Source: Felis catus (lineage: Eukaryota). From it: a DNA stretch of 64,000 nucleotides. The stretch spans positions 55,120,001-55,184,000 of the forward strand of contig NC_058368.1 of NCBI RefSeq assembly GCF_018350175.1. Direction: 5' to 3'. This document shows positions 1-12,308 of this stretch, in pieces. Positions within the stretch are counted from its first letter, which is position 1. Every line of letters begins with the position of its first letter. Position numbers and translations under genes: made by a program. A model generated the notes under the pieces. It made no database searches and was not told where the DNA came from. It saw nothing but the letters and a program-made list of their open reading frames with translations.

Positions 1-870
1 TAATTTGCATCATCTCATACGTTTCATGATTTTTGACATATATCTTTGTTTCAGAAAGTTATTTTTTGGCTCACCTTCTAGTTTACTAACACTCTTTTCA
101 CCAGTATCTAATCTGATATTCAATGCATCTACTGAGTTTTTAACTTCACTTATTGTAATTCTTGGCTCTAATTACACTTGTGTTCTCATTTTTTTTGTCT
201 TTTAGTTTCTTAAGCATCCTAATCATTGCTTATTTTAAAGTCTGTGATTGGTACCTCCATTATCCATACTCTTTATGGGTCAATGCTTTCAGCCAGTTGT
301 TTCTCTTGGTTTTCATTCACATTCTGTTCCTCATATACCTGATTAATTCTGATCAAGTTCTTGCCATATTATATTGTACCTTATTAAGATAATTTGAAGC
401 TCTGGATTATGTACATTTTATCCACAGAGAATTTATCTTTGCTTCTGGCAATGTTACAAAATTGAGAGTATCTGAAAGTAACTCTAGCTTTAGTGAAGTC
501 TTGTTTCTTTCCAGTTCATGTTTATTCCTTTGTTGTAGATGTTTGAGGGCCCATTCCAAATTCTATGGATTTTTTTTCCAGATGGACTTCAACTCCAAAC
601 TTGTCCTTTTAAGTCCACGAGTCTGTGGAAAGCTTTGCTCAGCTTCCTAGCCTCTCAGCTACCGCTTCCAAATCATTGTGCTTTTTCTAAAAGACAAAAG
701 GTCCCAAATGTCTATTTCATCCATTTATTCTTCTCTGCTCTCCCCGACTGATTTCACAATTTCTCACTGCCTTGTTCTTCTCTAATGCCTTTTTTTCTTG
801 GTTCAATAAGTAGTTGTTTTCAGTGAAGAGTTATTTCACACCATCTAGCCCATCATTACCAGAAGCAGAA
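1..870 (-). mobile_element. Ancient L1 (L1M/L1ME-like) 5'/ORF1-region fragment, antisense
   Basis: T-rich text such as 'cagtatctaatctgatattcaatgcatctactgagtttttaacttcacttattgtaattctt' resembles the antisense ORF1 region of old mammalian L1. Heavily diverged. Confidence 0.55.
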
Positions 871-2300
871 ATTCTTCAACCTTTTTAAATCCAATTTATT
901 TATCTCATCTTATTCTTCCCTAAAAATGTAATATTTCCCAGTAGAGCAGTGTGTCAATCACTTACATTTCTTTTGGTTCTTCCCTAACTGTCCTAGAGTG
1001 ATATTCAGTCATGTCTGCATCCTAGCATGTTCAGGAAATGTAGGTTTATGCAGCTTTACATTAATTATGAAATATTGTATATATAAAAATATAAATACCA
1101 TATGGATATAAATGTGGCATATATTTAAGGCAAGACCTTAAAATACAACAGCAAGATCATACTACAAATCTCTTCTCAAACTCTGCAAAATTATCATGGT
1201 ATTTTACCAAGAAAACCAAGTACTAAGAAAGAGGAAAACTAATATATTTCAGAGATCAGAAAAGAATGTTTCTGAGTTAACACTATTCCCTAGGGATCCA
1301 TCCAGAATAACAAAGTTGTCAATTGTCAATAAAGACTTATAAAAGGCAAGTTATATAAAAAGAAATTTACTTGGAATGAATACACATTTGACTTACTGAA
1401 GTCTTGAACCTATCTCATTATACAAGCAAGCTTTAGGTGAAAACTGTAAAAGATAACATTATGGAATTGTTATGATGACCTTATCATTACATTGAATCTC
1501 TTTTCTGAGGGGTAAAGGATTTTATGGTAAGTTAAGTCCCTGGAGCAGTTTCTTCCTTCTCACTACCAAAATAGTTTACCAAAAGTAATTACATATCCTT
1601 GTCTGAATCATAGGAATTTAGAGCCTTTTAGTGAGGATGGTAATTGTTATATAAACCAAATAAATAATTTTAGTCTATACTAAAATCTAAGAAGTCTTTG
1701 ACAATGACAGTACATTAACCCATAATTGTAGCTTCTGTTCTAGAGATCTTTCTGGAGCAAATCAATCCATTTGCTATCAACTCATGTCGCATTGTTGATA
1801 TGGCAGTGTTCCCTTTATCATCATAAACATGAAATATCATAATCAGTCCATTTAACCCTACTAGGTACCTACTAGTACACCAATTTATTTCAACATCTTT
1901 CCTCAGGGGCCGGTCATTTCTCAAACTTGGTGCCATTTCTTAGTCTGCAGGGATCTCTAGTGTCTCCTCTTTCCAAAGGACATCAACACATGGACCCACG
2001 ATATTGATTGCATCATGCTGATAGGACTGAAGCATTCAAATTAATAAATAATTTAAATGACATGGTAATACATTTGTCAAAGAGTGAGAAATGTACTCCA
2101 CAAAATATGTACGACTTTCATTTCAGGGAAGGTTATATGATTGTTCCACAACATAGAATAAATTGCCACACCTTTGCTCACTACCACTACAAAAGAGACA
2201 TAGAGGTTTGACTCAATCTTTTTACTTTGTGATCTGAAAGACAGGCAAGCTTGAGACCAATAGCAAGGTAAACTTCTCTAGTTAAAAGTGAATCTGTTGT

Positions 2301-2529
2301 GGGGCGCCTGGGTGGCTTATTTGGTTGAGTGTCTGACTTTTGGTTTTGGCTCAGGTCATGATCTCCCAGTTCGTGGGTTCAAGTCCTGCATCAAGCCCCA
2401 CGTGGGGCTTTGCAACTTGGCAATGTGGAGTCTACTTGGGATTTTCTCTCTTTCCCTCTTTCTCTGTCCTTTCCCCACTCGTGCTGTCTTTGTCTTTATC
2501 AAAATAAATAAATGAACTTAAAAAGAAAA
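2301..2529 (+). mobile_element. CAN-SINE (SINEC)
   Basis: ggggcgcctgggtggct head, CT-rich body, A tail. TSD aaaagtgaatctgt at 2284-2297 and 2530-2543. Confidence 0.95.
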
Positions 2530-2870
2530 AAAAGTGAATCTGTCAAGTGGCTCTTTGACCCAGCAAACTGAGTACCACTCAGGCATTTACGACATTTCAG
2601 AGTGATGGACAGAGGCTATAACAAACCACAATTGGAAACCACAGTGGAGACTTCTTAGTTTAGAAGCAAGACTATGCCATCTTTTGCATGTATCCAATAT
2701 CATTTTCAGAAATAGCTTTCAGGTTGTTAATAAGGCCATGAAAGTTACAAAAACTGAAATCGAGAATGCTTATCACATTGTCATAGGACCCTTAATGTTC
2801 TTTGTGAATTATTTTTTCGAACTGACATAATTTTGGGTAATTATCGTCCTATACAAAAACTTGAGATATA

Positions 2871-3439
2871 AAGTTGAACTTCAAAAAACACAGGTTTGAA
2901 CTGCCTGAGTCCACTTACACAGAGATTTGTTTTACAGTACAATACTGAAAAAATATTTTCTCTTCCTTATGATTTTCTTTAAAATTTTTTTATGTTTTAT
3001 TTATTTTTGTGAGCGAGACAGAACACGAGTGGGGGAGGAGCAGAGAGAGAGAGACACAGAATCCGAAACAGGCTCCAGGCTCTGAGGTGTTAGCACAGAG
3101 CATGACGTGGGGCTCGAACTCACAGACTGTGAGATCATGACCTGAGCCGGAAGTTGGATGCTTAACTGACAGAACCACCGAGGTGCCCCCTCTTCTTTAT
3201 GATTTTCTTAATAACATTTTATTTTCTGTAGCTTACTTTATTGCAAGAATATAGTTTAAAATACACATATAAACAAAATACTTGTTAATCGGCTGTTTAT
3301 GTTATTGGTTAGTCAACAGTAACCAATAGCAACAGTAGCTTTCAGTAGCTAAAGTTTTGAGGAGTTAAAAGTTATACATGTGTTTTTGACTGTGTGGGGC
3401 ATTGGTACCCCTGACCCCATGCTGTTCAAGGGATAACTA
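2871..3439 (+). mobile_element. Tigger2a-like (TcMar-Tigger) non-autonomous DNA transposon, split by a SINE
   Basis: Degenerate TIRs (aagttgaacttcaaaaaacacaggtttgaactg ... gttcaagggataacta), TA flanks, and the Tigger2a body 'ttttctcttccttatgattttcttaataacatttt...gcttactttattg'. Confidence 0.85.
2980..3190 (-). mobile_element. CAN-SINE (SINEC_Fc-like) inserted in Tigger2a
   Basis: Antisense SINE. 19-bp TSD tcttc(c/t)ttatgattttctt at 2961-2979 and 3191-3209. Confidence 0.95.
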
Positions 3440-3454
3440 TATATGTAATTTCTT

Positions 3455-3671
3455 TTTTTTTTTTTCAACGTTTATTTATTTTTGGGACAGAGAGAGACAG
3501 AGCATGAACGGGGGAGGGGCAGAGAGAGAGGGAGACACAGAATCGGAAACAGGCTCCAGGCTCTGAGCCACCATCAGCCCAGAGCCCGACGGGGGGCTCT
3601 AGCTCCCAGACCGCGAGATCGTGACCTGGCTGAAGTCGGACGCTCAACCGACTGCACCACCCAGGCGCCCC
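3455..3671 (-). mobile_element. Young felid CAN-SINE
   Basis: CpG-rich, with diagnostic 'cagccaggtcacgatctcgcggtc' on the minus strand. Perfect TSD tgtaatttctt at 3444-3454 and 3672-3682. Confidence 0.97.
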
Positions 3672-5739
3672 TGTAATTTCTTGATACGCACAAATAAGTT
3701 ACATGATCAGACTATGTCATTAACCTTCCCATCATGATTATTTCTACCAGGTAACTTGTCTTCAACTCATACCTTTCTCATAAGGAATTTTCCTTGGTCA
3801 TCTGACAGAGGAAGTGTAAAGTAACATTTTATTGATGACTCCACCTTACATACCAATAAAATAGCCAGAAATGAGCTGTGTTGACAGCATAGCTTATTCA
3901 GGAGTGCTTCTGAAGGCAATGGGACTAACGGATGCATATTTTCAAGAGCTATTCCTTAGAGTAGTACATCTTGTCACCCACTTTGTTTGGAAATAGATAA
4001 GGCATGAGATAAGAATATCCCATAGTTCATAGCAAGGGTAGTTATTGTTGGATAATCAAGGAAATGAAAGAAGCAAGTTGAACAATTAGAAAAAAATGAG
4101 GATTCTTGCAGAGAGAATTTGTATAATGGCTCAGAGTGTGAAAAATATTTGCATCACATGCGAATTCTTATTCAAAGCCCACTATGCCAGAGGAGATTTT
4201 AATTATCAGCTGGACAAGTTTACTTAAGCTAAATATGTAAGTGAGCCTCCTTCACCTGCCACTGGAGTGCTTCCACAAAGACCTCACAAAGAGACAGTTT
4301 TGCAAATAGGAGGTTATACAGAAAATCAATGGCATGGACTTTCCATAACTAAGGTTATTTCAGTTATGGCTACCACTGAATAATTAATATTGCTAGTAGA
4401 AATAAGCAACCTCAAGAGCCTAATATTGTATAATATGCTAAGTAAGAGAAGCCTTGAATCAGGTCAATTTTATTTACGCCTTTCACCTTAGAGAAAGTAG
4501 CAATTTATTCTCAAAGAGGTACTCATTCAGGTTTTCAAAATACTTTATCTGCCTTCATGTCTTTGTTAGTAACAAGTCCATACACTGACTAAATGATGAC
4601 AAACCACTGTAGTATTTTATAGAGCATTGCTTTTGACTGAGGAGTTCTTTTTAGAGCATCATAAGGAAGGAATTCGGTTAGAGTCTACAGAAATCATTAG
4701 CTTTCCCAATCAGGGATCAGCTGTAAACAATATCATGCAATGTATAGAATGTATTCTGCACAGATCTGAAAGTTAATGAGTAGAAGTAGGGCATAACACC
4801 TCCGATAGTTACTCATTCACATAGTATCACATAGTATCACTTCTCATAGTATCCATTCAAAAAATACTTGTTTATTATGTTCATGACTGTCATCTTGTGC
4901 AATTTAGAGATTTTAGTACTTCAAAGACAGGCTTCCACTAGTGGATTTATGACTCCATTGAATTAGATAATGTGACAACAAATTACTTTTTGACGCTTCT
5001 GATGCCACTTGAAGAAAATGGGAATTTTGATATTGGTTTCAGTGATTTCCACAGATTAGATACATGGGAAAGTTTGGATGGGATGGAGCCAATTTATTAT
5101 GGGAATACTTCACCATTTTTTTAAATATAATGATGAATGTCAATGAAAGATTACTGTAACAGTACATAAGCGGTACCACCATGGGCTCAGATCTTTCAGA
5201 GGTAAATGTTTATGTTACAAAAAAAGTCTTAGAACAGGTTAAGTTCCAGATTGGATTCAAAGGGGGTGTTGTACATTTAATGAAGAATGATCAGGAATTC
5301 CAACTATGAATCAGTAACGAGATGCAGAAGTGAGGAATTATCTTTTCTTAAAATTAATTTAATTGCTTTTCTTTTCAGAGATATCTAAATCTATCTACAT
5401 ACTTTTTTAGTAGTTTCTTCCACCAAACTATATATAGATCATATCACTTGTGGTTAAACACAAGCATATTGCTATACAACTTAATCTGTGTGTGAGATAA
5501 TATATAGCCAGCATCAGATCAGAACTAGAAAAGAAATGGACAATGCCGAGTTATCTGGACACTTAGCATTCTATGTGATAATATTGAGTTTGCCCCCCTT
5601 TGGGTCACATAGTCACATATGCATAAATTTTGCATTGAAAGGAGATAGATGCTTCTTGAGAGCAATTTTTTCGTTTGGAAGCTTATATATGGGAAGAAGG
5701 ATTTATATGGATCTCGAGCAATTAAGTTTTGCACTATTA

Positions 5740-6155
5740 TAGTTATTTGTCTTATTTTTGTTACTCAGGATATGAATACACTACCTATTTTAAGTTAGTC
5801 TACTACTATGCTATTCTGAATTCTTCTCTACCTACACTATGGAAAAAAGAAGGGCTCCCCATTTTCTCTTTTCAGCTACTGGAGAGCTGGAAGTGAACAT
5901 ACAGCCCGCTTCAGTGCTCTTACCTGGAGCTGTAAATATTGTGAGTATAGCTTAAAAATCAGTGGCCAATCACAGTAGTGGTGTGGAGATTAGAGGTGAT
6001 GTCGGGAGCCAATGAAGTGAGAACATCCAGAAAAGTCCATTTTTGTGAAATTCATTTCACATTGCCTACTTTTCCTTTTTCCTGACAATTTCCTTGTTCT
6101 CTAGTCTTTTGGATGATTCTTTGAGAAGCTAGATCTAGATAGACTTCCAATAACA
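5740..6155 (+). mobile_element. Probable old ERVL-class 3' LTR (LTR33/LTR16-like) of the upstream provirus
   Basis: Directly follows the ERV-L 3' internal end ('tttttcgtttggaagcttatatatgggaagaaggatttatatggat'). Only weak resemblance to LTR33-type sequence. Confidence 0.4.
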
Positions 6156-6479
6156 AAAAGGAACACAAGCTGATGTAAAGAAAAAAGCATGTGAGTTGCT
6201 GAGAAACTGAAGTAAATGACAAAATATGTGTCAAAGCCAATTTTTTTCCCGTACTATGTAGCATATGCAAACAAAAAGTAATTTCACAATAATACTGCAC
6301 ATTCTGTATTCAGGAAACAAAAATAAGGGGAAAGGAATACAATTCTAGGAACAATAATTTATACAAAGGACACAGGCAGAAGTGAGAGCTTGAAGTAACT
6401 GAGGAACAGATTAATCAAAGGACACAGATACTCTTGATTACTGATTAGTTGTAAAAGATAAAGTGGACACTAAGACCAA

Positions 6480-6640
6480 ATCGTTGTTTCACAAATCTAC
6501 TCGAGTATAAGAATTGCTAAGAAGACTTATACATCTACCCTAGATCCTTGTGTGTTAATGTTGGGATGAGTCTAAGGATATCTATACTTTTATCTAAGTC
6601 CCTAAATAATCTCACAATCCACAACGCCTGGGACAATTCT
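6480..6640. mobile_element. MER5-like hAT MITE fragment
   Basis: 'gttgggatgagtctaaggatatctatacttttatctaagtccctaaataatctca' resembles the MER5 core. Confidence 0.4.
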
Positions 6641-7768
6641 GGACTAAAAATAAGTTTGTATGAATAAGAGAACTAATTATCAACAGATGTTTGAAACTCA
6701 GATAATTATGTTTTAAAGGGTAATTTTGCTTATAATAATAACATAATCATGCTTTTGACAAAGTTTCAAAAATGAGATTTGAAAAAGTCACCCTGCTTGA
6801 GTATGTGTTCTCTAGCTCAACGAACTGGAGAGATGTAAGTTATTTTATTATGTTGCTTGTAAGTAACTTGGACCCAAAAGTGCAGAACGGGAGAGCTGAT
6901 TGTCTGTGGTTCTCTGAAACAGTCATACATACATTGCTTTCAAATTCAGTTGGCAAGAATTCAGTCAGAAACATCTGCAAGAATTTAGCACTGAGCCATG
7001 TATTCACTGATCTCTCTACCTGTTACTCTAATTACAACACTATAAAAATTTTATTTTTATTCCAGCTCCCTCTGATGCTGCTGGAAGATCATAGAACAAA
7101 CACAGCAGGGAATGGGAGTCTAAGATAAGAAAGCAATGGAACAGAATAAGGCAGGAAAACAGAGAAAATAAACTTGGAAGCTATGTGTCATCATGTGTGG
7201 AATAACAAACAGACCCTCCACATTTTATGATTTCTGCCTCCAACATAGCCTCAAAAGAAATGGAAATTGCCTTTAAGTTGGGTAATACACTTGGCAGGAC
7301 AATATGGTATTAAGAAGCAAATGGAGTCAGTGGACATATATTAAAAGAGGGTGAGATAAATTTAATATAAGACTACATTTCCACACAGTTCCTCACTTCC
7401 TACTCATCTGTTTTTTAAGCTATATTGCCAACAGAGGATACTCTGAGATCTCCCAATATTATAGTTTTTTCTTAAATCTGAATATATTTGGGTCAGCTTT
7501 GGTCATATTTCCTCTTGTGATATAGCTAGCACTATCAAGGAGGTAGACTATTGTATATACATATGGTTTTGAGGGCTAATACTATATTGCTTTGGAAATA
7601 GGAATTGACAAAAGGAAAGAAAATAAAAAAGGAGAGGTAGTTGTGAGAGAGACCAATATCCCAAGTGGTAATTGAACTCATGATCCTGGAAGTTTGTCAC
7701 TTAGATTCTACATTGTTTTTGGAGTCTCAGTTTTCCAGTTAATTACTTTTTAAACACAATTGAAAGGA

Positions 7769-7987
7769 GGGGCGCCTGGGTAGCTCAGTCAATTAAAGTG
7801 TCTGACTCTTGGTCTCAGGCTGCGGTCATGATCTCCCGGTTCGTGGGATTGAGCCCCACATCAGGCTCTACACTGACAACATGGAGACTGCTTAGAAGTC
7901 TCTCCCTTTCTCTCTCTCTGCCCCTCCCCTACTTGCTCACTAATTTTCAAAATAAATACATTTTTTAAAATAGTAAAAAATGAAAAT
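7769..7987 (+). mobile_element. CAN-SINE
   Basis: Head ggggcgcctgggtagctcag. Degenerate TSD aaacacaattgaaagga / aaatacaataggaagga. Confidence 0.95.
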
Positions 7988-7999
7988 AAATACAATAGG

Positions 8000-8520
8000 A
8001 AGGAAAACCCAATATAAACGTCTTTAAGTAAAATGGAACTTAGAAGTTACATTGCTCAAAGTTCAGTGTTTAGTGAAACTGGACCTAAGTGCTCCAATGA
8101 GTCCCAGGACCCTCTGTTGGCTTTGTGGCTGGCATCTTGGTCAGATAAGGTATTACCATGCAGTGCCAGCATGCAGTGAGACCATGGTAGTTCCTGATGG
8201 ATGGTGCCCTCCAGAAAACAAGTCCACATGAAAAGTAGAGTCTGCCTCCCTATATGCACAGACAAAGAAAAGTCCAGAGATCTTGTCTCATAGCCACTAG
8301 TCACATTATGTAACCAATTTTCTGGTCAGTTATTCTGAGTTGCCAATGCTGGGTCATATTCCTGTCCCTAGAGCCACAGGTAAAATTGATTATACCTGAA
8401 AAAAATGGAAAGAGAATTGGAAATAAATAGTAACTTAAAGTAAATGTGGGGGCTATCTCACCAAAAAAATGAGGGAAGATTGTTGGCCTTGTGGGAAACC
8501 CCACAAAACCCATTAGTATG
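8000..8520 (-). mobile_element. Old MaLR LTR fragment (MLT1K-like)
   Basis: 'gctgggtcatattcctgtccctagagcc' and 'aaatgtgggggctatctcaccaaaaaaatgagggaagattgttgg' resemble old MLT1 LTRs. Confidence 0.5.
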
Positions 8521-9370
8521 TTAACAAATTTATTCCAGGATAGTTAGTTGGGTAATGTCTCAGTTCCCAAATTGAATATCATATCAATTAGAGCATTCTG
8601 AAGTATCCTAAAAATGCACAAGAAAGTTAATTATAAGTCTTTGAAACTTGTACTCTATCACAAGAAATAATTAACAGCTGGGTACTTCTTTCACTTTATC
8701 ATCATTTAAAAACAAAATCTTTCATGGCTGAACAGTTTATTTCCAAATGCTTCCAGATTAACTATTTATTTCTAAATGTTGCCCAAATCATGCAATTAAT
8801 AATTAAAATGTTTATCTAAGGATGATTCCCAGTGGTAAAATGCTGTTAATCATAGGTTTTTAAAACAAATATTTGGGGATAGCTTCTTTAAGACATCCAA
8901 ACTGAAGGAAAAAATAAACTGTTTTCATGAAATTAAGTTATCTTAACTTTTAAAATAATTTTGTGGCTTAATAATGGTCTGGTATTGATTGTGCTTTTAC
9001 TTTGTAAATTTGGTTCCTAAAGATTTTTATTATATATTAAGATAATTAATATTTTTTAAATGTATATTTTAAATAAATTAATATTTTTAAAATCTATATT
9101 TAAAAGCAGTCACTTATTTTTGTTTCAAGATTTGTTTTTATTTATTAAGAGCATTAATATTTTTTAATTTATTTTTAAAGGGAGTCACTTATTTTTGCTA
9201 TTTTGATAGTAAAAAATGTATCTCAAAATTAAAGTCTGTTTGGTCTTGTTTAAACTTAATGTATTTGTATTCTTGGTTGCAAGTGATAGAAATCCTTCTT
9301 AACATAGCTTAAAAAATAAGAGAAATATACCAAATCTCAGGCTCCAAGGAACATTTTAGAAATTATTTTA

Positions 9371-9609
9371 TTTTTAAACATTGACTTAAGAAAATTTTTT
9401 TAATGTTTATTTATTTTGAGAGAGAGAGAGAGAAAGAGGCAGAACGCGAGTAGGGGAGGGACAGAGAGAGAGGGAGACACAATATGAAGCAGGCTCTAGG
9501 CTCTGAGTTGTCAGCACAGAGCCCGACACAGGGCTCAAACCCACGAACCATGAGAACATGACCTGAACCAGAGTTGGATGCTTAACCGATTGAACCACTC
9601 AGGCACACC
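9371..9609 (-). mobile_element. CAN-SINE (SINEC_Fc-like)
   Basis: Antisense SINE with TSD tagaaattatttta at 9357-9370 and 9610-9623. It sits inside a probable old MLT1 fragment starting ~9265 ('ttcttggttgcaagtgatagaaatcc'). Confidence 0.95.
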
Positions 9610-11139
9610 TAGAAATTATTTTAGAAACTTTTGAGAAACCATGATTTGTGTACTGCCATGACTTTTTCCTAAATACTTTTTTTCCGTTTAGATCAGTTCC
9701 TCTTTTATTGTGTTTCTTTATATCAAGAAAGACACCAAACCTAGACGTTTTATCATTAGTTTCCTTTGCCAGTGAAAAATATTACTTTCAGTATTAATCT
9801 ACTCTGAATCCAACTGAATCAAGTATCACCTCCATTTCAATCAATTTTACTAACAAGGTAACTCCTTTATTAAATCTAAGGGGAGAACAAGAACAGGTCA
9901 AGAAAAGGTGCTCAGTGCTGAATGTTTCAGGTCTTACATTAATAACTTAAAGTGGCATATACCTCATTTTTACCACTTCCTATGTTATCCTTACTTATAA
10001 ATAATATACATGAGAAAAGTGAATAAACTCAGCTACTATGGTTCCATTGAGCTACTTCCTTAAACCTGCTTTTATGGCTTAACTGAAATGCATTGCATAG
10101 AAATTCAAAGATTCCAATCAATCAGGTTAATTTTAATAAAGCTAAACAAGATTAAACCCAACAGCATTTTATTTAACTTGGATTCCTTATATCATCGACT
10201 AATTCTTCTGTTTTATTTGTCTATTATGAATTTGTAAATTAAGCAACTGATTTTTCTTCTTCTTTTTTTTTTTTTTTTTTTTTTGATAAAGAAATTCAGA
10301 CAAAAATCTCAGACCGCTACAGGGAAATATTTAAAGTATTCAACACCTAATTGGGCATATTGATATTTTTATCATGCAAAGTTTTCAAGTACATGCTTTC
10401 TGTGTAACACTAAAAATCACATCTTTTCTGGTTCACACTTCTGTTTCATCTTAGAACAAGTGGAAGAAGTCTGCATGCCAAGAAATCTCCCTTGGTATTC
10501 ACAGTTTGAGAGCTTGAACTCAAAGGGGATCATTTGATTTGTAAACAGTTTTACTTTTCATATAATTGATATGAAACTGGCAGTACATTCCACAGGTATG
10601 TCATAGACTATTACCCTTCACACAGTATAACATTCTTAAAACTGCTAGCACATTGCGCTTTTAGTCTGCAACTCAAAGTTTCTAAAAATAAAATAATATA
10701 TTGTTAATTGTCAAGCATAGAGTATGTATTTTTCTCACTCAGTAAATACATGGGATCTCACATACTCATACTACAGTAAATGACATGAATCATTTCCTTT
10801 GCATTGTCATAATACTTTTTGGTACTAAATTTGCACTAAAGAAATTATTATGATAAAGGCTTAAGTGGCATTATCATTTGAAGAAACATTTCTAAGCCCA
10901 TTGTTAATTGTTCACTTATACCAATGTAGATGCAAGCAGTCTCTTTGTAGATAGTAGGAACAGAATAATTTTTTAAATCCTTTTCTGGAACTTGGCCTTG
11001 CACTTGTTATAGAAGGTAAGGATGTTATTTGAAGCACACAGATATTGTAATGGCAGCAATAATTGATAGAGGGAAATAAAATGATAGTCATAAGCTTCTT
11101 AAACTTTTATTTTACTTGACAAAATATTAGCTAATTCAC

Positions 11140-12255
11140 TCCAACAATATACAAAGAGAATTGTATGCCACAATCAAGTGGGATTTATCCTACATATATA
11201 AGGCTGGTTCAACATTTGGAAATCATTTAACTCAATCCATCATATCAATAAGCTAAAAAAGAAAATCACATAACCATACCAATACACGCAGAAAAAGAGC
11301 ATTTGACAAAATCTAAAACACATTCATAATAAAAAACAGTAAAGTAGGAATAGAGAATTTGTTCAATTTGATAAAGAATATCCTAAAAAAACTTATAACC
11401 AACATCATACTTAATGGTGAGAAATTCAAAACTTTTCCAACAAGGCAAGGAGTTCCTTCTCATTACTCTTTTTCAACATCCTACTGGAACTTCTAGCTAA
11501 TGTAAATGACAAAAACAGGAAATAAAAGATATACAGATTGAGAATGGAAAAATAACAACAGTCTTTGTTCACAGATGACCTGATTATCTATGTAGAAAAT
11601 CCAAAAGAAGAGACAACAAAACTCTTGGAACTGATAAGGGATAATAACCATTTGCAGAATACAAGATTTATATACAAAACTTAATTGCTTTCCTATATAT
11701 AAGCAAAGAACAAGTGGACTTTGATATTAAAAAGGTGATATTATTTACATTAATACCTAAAAATGAAATATTTAGATATAAATCTAACAAAATACGTACA
11801 AGATTTATATGTGGACAACTATCAAACCCTGACTTCAAGGAAGAACTAAATACATGGAGAAATATAGCATGTTCATGGATAGGAAAACTCAATATTGTCA
11901 AAATGTCCATTCTTCCCAACTTGAGCTATGGATTTAATGTAATCCTACTCAAAATCCCAGCAAGTTATTTTGTGGATATCAACAAACTGATCATACAGAA
12001 AGGCAAGAGACCCAGAATAGCCCATACAATATTGAAGAAGGACAAAGTTGAGAACAGACATTACCCAACTTCAAGTCTTATTATAAAGCTACAGTAATCA
12101 AGTGAGTATGGTATTGGTGAAAAAATAGTCAATAAAGAGCCCAGAAATAGTTTTACACAAATATAATCAACTAGTCACTGACAAAAGAGTAATGGGAATA
12201 CCACAAAGCAAAAATCGTCATTTTGATAAATGGTGATGAACTGGCCATTCACATG

Positions 12256-12308
<53 letters not shown>

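Larger units (their letters stand above)
1130..5740 (+). mobile_element. pol: Decayed class III endogenous retrovirus (ERV-L/HERV16-like) internal region: protease-RT-RNaseH-integrase-dUTPase, interrupted by nested insertions
   Basis: Collinear similarity to ERV-L pol. Protease region 'tctgagttaacactattccctagggatcca' (~1271). IFPQG at 1895-1909 (LPQG motif). HDIDCIMLIG at 1997-2026 (cf. HYIDDIMLIG). RNaseH/integrase-like text at ~3960-4700 ('gaggagattttaattatcagctgga', 'catggactttccataactaagg', 'agcattgcttttgactgagg'). dUTPase/3' end at ~4870-5340. Many stops and frameshifts. Confidence 0.85.

Noticed and set aside
3465..3676. Recurrent peptide family 'HDLAVREFEPRVRLCADGSEPGACF...' (also at 2990, 22601, 55406 and others)
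   Set aside because: Translation of CAN-SINE sequence, not a paralogous gene family.
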